Positions 59,237-64,000 of a stretch of DNA of 64,000 bases are shown here, piece by piece. The notes below the pieces were generated by a model that was given only the letters and a program-made list of their open reading frames with translations, did not search any database and was not told where the DNA came from. The stretch's first letter is position 1, and the number at the start of each line of letters is the position of its first letter. The stretch is taken from contig CAZWPY010000003.1 of assembly GCA_964635475.1 (NCBI GenBank), positions 6,303-70,302 of the forward strand, written 5' to 3'. Made by a program: the position numbers and the translations under genes. The DNA comes from an uncultured Acidimicrobiia bacterium (lineage in GTDB: Bacteria > Actinomycetota > Acidimicrobiia > Acidimicrobiales > CAZWPY01).

Positions 59237-59264
59237 ACAAACTAATGAACGTTCAGTTGTTTGT
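59237..59264. promoter_or_regulatory. 28-bp imperfect palindrome, putative TetR operator
   Basis: ACAAACTAATGAAC|GTTCAGTTGTTTGT, 12/14 symmetric, 28 bp upstream of the operon's first ATG. Confidence 0.65.
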
Positions 59265-59429
59265 AAACCCAGGCGATCGAAAGAGAGAACTGCTTGGCGG
59301 TTGGAGTGCGGTCCTCTCTCGTGCTCGCTGATGCCCGCGCGTTCAGTGGGCGAGTAGAGGCTGCGCCGCCGCCGGGGAGGTCGCTGACGACGGTCGGGGC
59401 CGCGACCGGCCGAGCCGGTTGGCCACGGC

Positions 59430-59723
59430 GAGGTGCTCGCCAAGCGCAACACCGACATCGGCAACCAGCGGATCAGGCTCGTGTGCCGGATGCATGCGCT
59501 GCTCATCGAGCCGGGTCCCGGCCGGGATCTCCAAGGAGACCAACGACTCTGACCTGGACCGCTTTCTCGCCGACGTCTCGCCCGCAACACCCGCCCAGCA
59601 GATCCGGTTCGGCCAAGCCGTCGAGATCCACGACGACATTCGTCCGCTCGACGAACACTCAAGGCATCGCACACGCGGATCCGCACCGCCAGCGCGGCAT
59701 GCGGGACGAGCGTCACCGATGTC
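59430..59723 (+). mobile_element. IS110-family transposase remnant
   Basis: Across frameshifts it reads VLAKRNTDIGNQRIRLVCRMHALLIE / GISKE..DRFLADV..QQIRF..DDIR.LDE / LKASH.RIRTA..GTSVTDV, typical of the IS110 central region. Confidence 0.7.
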
Positions 59724-60242
59724 CGCAGCGCCGTGACCGCAGCCGACAGCGCGTTGTTGGGGTCGCTCTTGGGGTCCGGCCCGACCCGAGCAGACGCGTC
59801 CGGGCGGCGAGGGTGGTGGGCACGTTCAGGACGTGCTCGCCGGCGACGAACTGCTGCGCGAGCTGGAAGCCCCTCCCGTCAGCACCCTCGATCGACCACG
59901 TCCGCGCCGGGATCTCCAACACCACTACCAGCACCTCGTCGCCGACGCCGCCACCCGACGCGGCTGACAGCAGGCCCGGGAGGACAAGCGGGAACGAGTT
60001 GAAGCCAGCGTGACCAGCCCTGCATCCGTGAACGGCTGGCTCTTCGGCGAGGTCACTCCCGCCCGACCCAACGCTACGACCACGATGCGACGCCGTCTCC
60101 TCGACGCGCGCCACGAAGTCTCCATGAAGGACCTCTTAGACTGGACCTCAACCCGAGATGCCCCTGACAACTTCGTTGATCCAACAGACCCGGCACTCAT
60201 GCGCCGTCAGGTCAGGGCTCCTCCGGAGAATCCTCTTATCAC

Positions 60243-60845
60243 TCAGAACCCTCTTAGAAGTGAGATTGCCATCGTTGCAAAGTCCTCGACCAAGGTGTCG
60301 GCCTCGGCGGCATCGAGCTGAACAGCGGTGAGCATGAGGCTGTCAAGTAGCGAGATGATGAGGAAGATTTGCCGCTCGACGACAGCCGGGTCCCTGTCGT
60401 CGAGGTGCGTGACATGACTGCATAGAACCTGAGCGTTCCGACGGCTGTCGGCGAGGTCGAGCGCACTTAGCTCGGCGTCGCCTTGAATGGCGACTCTGAG
60501 CCGGAGTCGAAACGGCTCATCGCGGTGCACGTGCCAATAGGCGGCAATCGACTCGCGAATTAGGTCGTCAATCGCCCCCTCCGAGGCGACGAGGGGGGTA
60601 ATGAACATCTGTCGGTTGAGCTCGAGCACGGACAGCGCTAGCTCGCGGAGGATCGCCCGCTTGTTCGGGAAGTAGCGGTACAGGGCGGTAAGGCCCATCC
60701 CAGCGCGCACCGCGATGTCCGTCATCGTCGGCGGCTCGGTGCCGTAGTCCGCGATCAGCTGGGTCGCTGCAGTGAGGATGGCGTCGACGCGGTCGCGACT
60801 GCGCGACTGCTCGGGTTGGCGTCGAAGGGGACGTTGGTCGGCCAC
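60243..60845 (-). CDS. TetR-family regulator
   Basis: RRQPEQSRSRDRVDAIL, TMTDIAVRAGMGLTALYRYFPNK. Start moved to GTG 60845. Confidence 0.9.
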   Translation of the reverse strand: MADQRPLRRQPEQSRSRDRVDAILTAATQLIADYGTEPPTMTDIAVRAGMGLTALYRYFPNKRAILRELALSVLELNRQMFITPLVASEGAIDDLIRESIAAYWHVHRDEPFRLRLRVAIQGDAELSALDLADSRRNAQVLCSHVTHLDDRDPAVVERQIFLIISLLDSLMLTAVQLDAAEADTLVEDFATMAISLLRGF

Positions 60846-60867
60846 AGGTTCTTGACTATAGCCCCAA

Positions 60868-60910
60868 ACGTGAGATACCTTCACGTCCGAAACGTGAGGA
60901 CTACTCACGT
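60868..60910. promoter_or_regulatory. Two tandem inverted-repeat operators ACGTGA-N7-TCACGT
   Basis: Copies at 60868-60886 and 60892-60910 in the TetR/FMO divergent gap. Confidence 0.75.
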
Positions 60911-60921
60911 GTTGGGAGGCA

Positions 60922-62316
60922 GTGATGGACAGTTCGAACGGGCAGGACTACGACAGTCTGGACGTTGCTGTCGTCGGAGCCGGGCCAGCCGGCCTGTGCC
61001 TCGCGCGTCGTCTCGCAGGGACTGACACCAGCTTTGCGGTGTTCGAACGGAACGGTGACGTGGGCGGCGTCTGGGACATCGATGCGCCAGGCTCGCCAAT
61101 GTACGAATCGGCCCATTTCATCTCGTCGAAGACGCTGTCGGGATTCCCCGGATTCCCCATGCCAGACCGGTACCCGGACTACCCGAACCACCGCCAGATC
61201 CTTGATTACATTCGCTCCTACGCGGACCGCTTCGACCTTCGCCGCCATATCCAGTTCGACTGCGGTGTCCTCCACGCCGCGCTCGACGCCGACGGGAGCT
61301 GGAAACTCGACCTGAGCGACGGCAAATCGGTCAAAGCCCGCTACCTGGTGTGTGCCAACGGCGTGACCTGGGAGCCACACATAGTCACCTGGCCCGGGAG
61401 GTTCGACGGGGAGATTCGGCACTCAGTCACATACCGGGATGTGGGCGAACTCGCAGGTAGACGCGTCCTCGTGATCGGCGCTGGCAACTCCGGCGTCGAT
61501 ATCGCGTGCGACGCTGCCTTCGCTGCCGAGCAGGCATTCCTCAGCGTTCGACGCGGGTACCACTTCATCCCGAAGCACATCTTCGGGACTCCGTCGGACG
61601 TCTTCGCCCACGACGGGCCCAGGGTGCCTCACTGGCTCGAGGTGCGCGCCTTTGGACTCATGCTCCGACTAGTGAACGGCGACCTCACCCGGCTCGGCCT
61701 TCCCAAGCCGGACCACCGAGTGTTCGAGTCGCACCCGCTCATGAACACGCAGATTCTCCACTACCTCAGCCACGGCGACTGCATCGCGAAGCCAGACGTC
61801 AGATCATTCGACGGGCCCGAAGTGGTCTTCGCCGATGGCTCCCGTGAACGGATCGATCTCATCCTCACCGCCACCGGCTATCACCACGTGAGCCCCTACC
61901 TCGACGAGGGCACGTTCGAACTGAGTGGCGGGCGGCCCGACCTGTATCTCGGCATGTTCGCAAGAGACCACGCCAACCTTGCGGTGCTCGGCTTCGTCGA
62001 GTTCGCGTCAGCCGCCTACACCAACTTCGATACCATGGCGGAACTCATCGTCGCTGATGCGACAGCGCCGGCTGACTCGATCGTGCGAAGGCGCTTTTCT
62101 GACCTGAAGGCGACCCATCGCCCCGATCTCAAGGGCGGGCACCGCTACGTCAGTTCCGAACGCCACGCCAACTACGTCGACGTCGACGCCTACTTGCGTG
62201 CGCTCGCCGAAGTGAAGGCCCACGTGCTAGCCGGGGCGACTCTGCCGCCTTCAGCTCGGAGACCGCAGAGAAGAGTTCAGCTCGTAGGACGCCGCCGTTC
62301 GGTGGTCGGTCGATGA
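60922..62316 (+). CDS. Flavin-containing monooxygenase (FMO)
   Basis: GAGPAG, GGVW, SAHFISSK, FDGEIRHSVTY fingerprint, GAGNSG, TATGY. Confidence 0.92.
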   Translation: MMDSSNGQDYDSLDVAVVGAGPAGLCLARRLAGTDTSFAVFERNGDVGGVWDIDAPGSPMYESAHFISSKTLSGFPGFPMPDRYPDYPNHRQILDYIRSYADRFDLRRHIQFDCGVLHAALDADGSWKLDLSDGKSVKARYLVCANGVTWEPHIVTWPGRFDGEIRHSVTYRDVGELAGRRVLVIGAGNSGVDIACDAAFAAEQAFLSVRRGYHFIPKHIFGTPSDVFAHDGPRVPHWLEVRAFGLMLRLVNGDLTRLGLPKPDHRVFESHPLMNTQILHYLSHGDCIAKPDVRSFDGPEVVFADGSRERIDLILTATGYHHVSPYLDEGTFELSGGRPDLYLGMFARDHANLAVLGFVEFASAAYTNFDTMAELIVADATAPADSIVRRRFSDLKATHRPDLKGGHRYVSSERHANYVDVDAYLRALAEVKAHVLAGATLPPSARRPQRRVQLVGRRRSVVGR

Positions 62317-63131
62317 GCCCGCGACCATCAACCGCTTTGGTGACCGGCGCGGCGAGCGGGATCGGACTAGAGGTGGCGATCCGGCTGCATCGCCGGGGGC
62401 ATCAGGTCGTCGCCGTCGACCGCGATGGCCAACACCTCCCGGCCGCTGTCAGTCGAATCGGCGACGGAACAGTCGCCTTCGAGTGCGACCTGGCCGACCC
62501 GGCACAGCAGCGACATCTCGCCGAAGCGCTCACGACGACATGGCGCGACTCTCTCGACCTGATGGTCTGCAACGCCGGGGTGATCGCGCCCGGCGACCTG
62601 ATCCACGTCGACCCCATGACGATCGACCTTCAACTAGATGTGATGCTCCGCAGCGTCGTGCATCTCACTCGCTCTGTCCTACCCCAGTTCCTCGAGCGAA
62701 ATCGTGGCCATGTGCTCGCAACCGTGTCGATGGGCGGCATCATCGCTCTTCCCACATCCGCTACCTACTCCGCGGCCAAGGCCGGCTTGCGAGCCTTCCT
62801 GGCGGCGGTGAACGCGGAGGTCCATGGCACCGGAGTACACGTCAGTGGCATCTACCCCAGCGCAGTCGACACACCGATGCTGCTTAGAGAAGCTAAGGGA
62901 GGTGGCAGTCCCCTCAACTTTCTCGGCTCCGTCCGCACCGTCACGGAGGTCGCCGACGCCTACGAGCGCGCCCTCGAGAGCCATCGCCTGGAGAACTACG
63001 TTCCCTACGCCGACAGCCTGACAACGCGGCTTCTCAGCGCTTTCCCAGCCTTGACTCCGCGAATACTTCCCATCGCAAACCGCATCGGCGAGCGCGGGCG
63101 ACGCCGCTATCTCGCTACCCGACCTGATTGA
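62313..63131 (+). CDS. Short-chain dehydrogenase/reductase
   Basis: TGAASGIG, CNAG, YSAAK, YPSAVDTPML; ATGA-coupled to the FMO. Confidence 0.9.
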   Translation: MSPRPSTALVTGAASGIGLEVAIRLHRRGHQVVAVDRDGQHLPAAVSRIGDGTVAFECDLADPAQQRHLAEALTTTWRDSLDLMVCNAGVIAPGDLIHVDPMTIDLQLDVMLRSVVHLTRSVLPQFLERNRGHVLATVSMGGIIALPTSATYSAAKAGLRAFLAAVNAEVHGTGVHVSGIYPSAVDTPMLLREAKGGGSPLNFLGSVRTVTEVADAYERALESHRLENYVPYADSLTTRLLSAFPALTPRILPIANRIGERGRRRYLATRPD

Positions 63132-63280
63132 CACTCAGCGATTCGCCCACGAGGGATTGATCCCGCCCCATTTCCTCGACGCTGTCGCTGGCCCGCGATT
63201 CGGTGTCGCGACGTCGGGGAGGTTAGGCAGCGAACTGCCCGAGGCTTCATCGACGGACGCGGTGGGTGTGGGAGTCGATC

Positions 63281-63660
63281 GAGATGGCCGTCGCGATGGC
63301 GACGTCGCCGGCTCCGATCCCTGCTGCACTCGGACCGAGGATCGCCCAGTTCCGTGTCCGCAAGGTGCAGCACACGCTGACCCGACATCAAACAATCGGC
63401 TCCGAGGACGAAGTCGCCTCCGCCAGCGACAACGCCGCCATGGAATCGTTGTTTGCGCTCCTCCAGAAGAACGTGTTGAACCGCCAGTCCCTTGGTGACT
63501 CGCGACTAGCTCCGCATCAAGGATCGTGATCTGGATCGAACGCACTTAGCACCGCCGCCGCCAGACCCGACTCGGACGCTTGACCTCATCGGCCACGAGA
63601 TGATCCTGTCCCGTAAGACGGCAACCGCCTCGTGAATGTCACCTCACCGCGCGGCAGGCC
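63281..63660 (+). mobile_element. IS3-family transposase (OrfB) remnant with probable right end
   Basis: Frameshifted EMAV..GDVAG / LHSDRGS / QFR..DNAAMESLFALLQKNVLNR / IVIWIERT*HRR..RLGRLT; TGTCACC..GCAGGCCC end-like sequence at about 63636-63660. Confidence 0.78.
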
Positions 63661-63773
63661 CCATCCGACCTGCCACCCGCCGGCCCTCCGGCCACTGCTC
63701 ACGGTGATCGTGACCACGGCCCTTGCCCGCGACCTCACCCTCACGGCGATGGGCGATGCGCTCCACGTTGTGG

Positions 63774-63998
63774 TCAGCGGCTGACCGCCGCATCGAGCGA
63801 GGCCGATCGGTCAGCGACAGCTGACTTCACCATCTGCTGCATCCGTGACGGCCAGTCGTCTGCTTGACGCGTCATGTCGTTGAGATCGCCGCGGCCAAGA
63901 TTGAGCACCAAGGCTGGGCGCTGGCGTGCGATGAGGAGAGCTTCGAGTCGGTGCGCGCCAGCTCGGCCAGCGTCATCCGCGTCGAAGGCGAGGACGAG
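63774..63998 (-). CDS. Toprim-domain (primase-like) protein, C-terminal fragment; gene continues beyond the window
   Basis: My translation: LVLAFDADDAGRAGAHRLEALL..LGRGDLNDM..*, with the Toprim DxDxAG motif and a downstream DxN motif. Confidence 0.7.
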   Translation of the reverse strand, partial: LVLAFDADDAGRAGAHRLEALLIARQRPALVLNLGRGDLNDMTRQADDWPSRMQQMVKSAVADRSASLDAAVSR

Positions 63999-64000
63999 TG

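Larger units (their letters stand above)
49323..64000. mobile_element. Decayed integrative conjugative element/genomic island (left boundary approximate, continues past the window)
   Basis: Visible shift to more A/T-ending codons from 49410, truncated coupling protein, Toprim gene, IS110 and IS3 remnants, pseudogene debris. No att site or integrase seen. Confidence 0.65.

Noticed and set aside
63467-63480. KstR-like sequence AAGAACGTGTTGAA
   Set aside because: Lies inside the IS3 coding remnant (QKNVLN), lacks the shared TTCT end, and has no target gene.

Overview
High-GC actinobacterial DNA; gene content suggests an Acidimicrobiia-like steroid degrader (inference). Bases 1-49322 are dense chromosomal sequence with a dispersed steroid-catabolism set: a kstR-like regulator, fadD19, echA19, a CYP125-like P450, a split Rv3521, ltp4/ltp3, acyl-CoA dehydrogenases, a Zn-ADH, a BVMO and a KshA/Neverland-type Rieske oxygenase. 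Five intergenic KstR-type operators link this set, all sharing the core GAACGTGTTCT. Interspersed are (i) a five-gene tailoring operon (PNPOx-like, a Rieske variant with CxxC in place of CxxH, a SAM methyltransferase, two atypical P450s); (ii) a Liv-type ABC importer with an extra membrane gene, divergent from a lipoprotein across a KstR box; (iii) a polyamine-uptake module; (iv) a two-component-controlled envelope glycosylation locus; (v) a CASTOR/POLLUX-like channel, a GH13 glucosidase, ettA, a phospholipase C and an HSL-fold hydrolase with Asp in place of the catalytic Ser. From about 49323 to the end the window looks like a decayed ICE or genomic island. It contains an RHS-type protein and a VirD4/TraG coupling protein that are both cut at one junction (about 53275), a decayed paralog copy, two TetR-controlled flavin monooxygenase/SDR cassettes with visible operators, IS110 and IS3 remnants, and a Toprim-domain gene running off the right edge. 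I recognised no rRNA, tRNA or CRISPR array. All calls come from reading motifs by eye; no searches were run.
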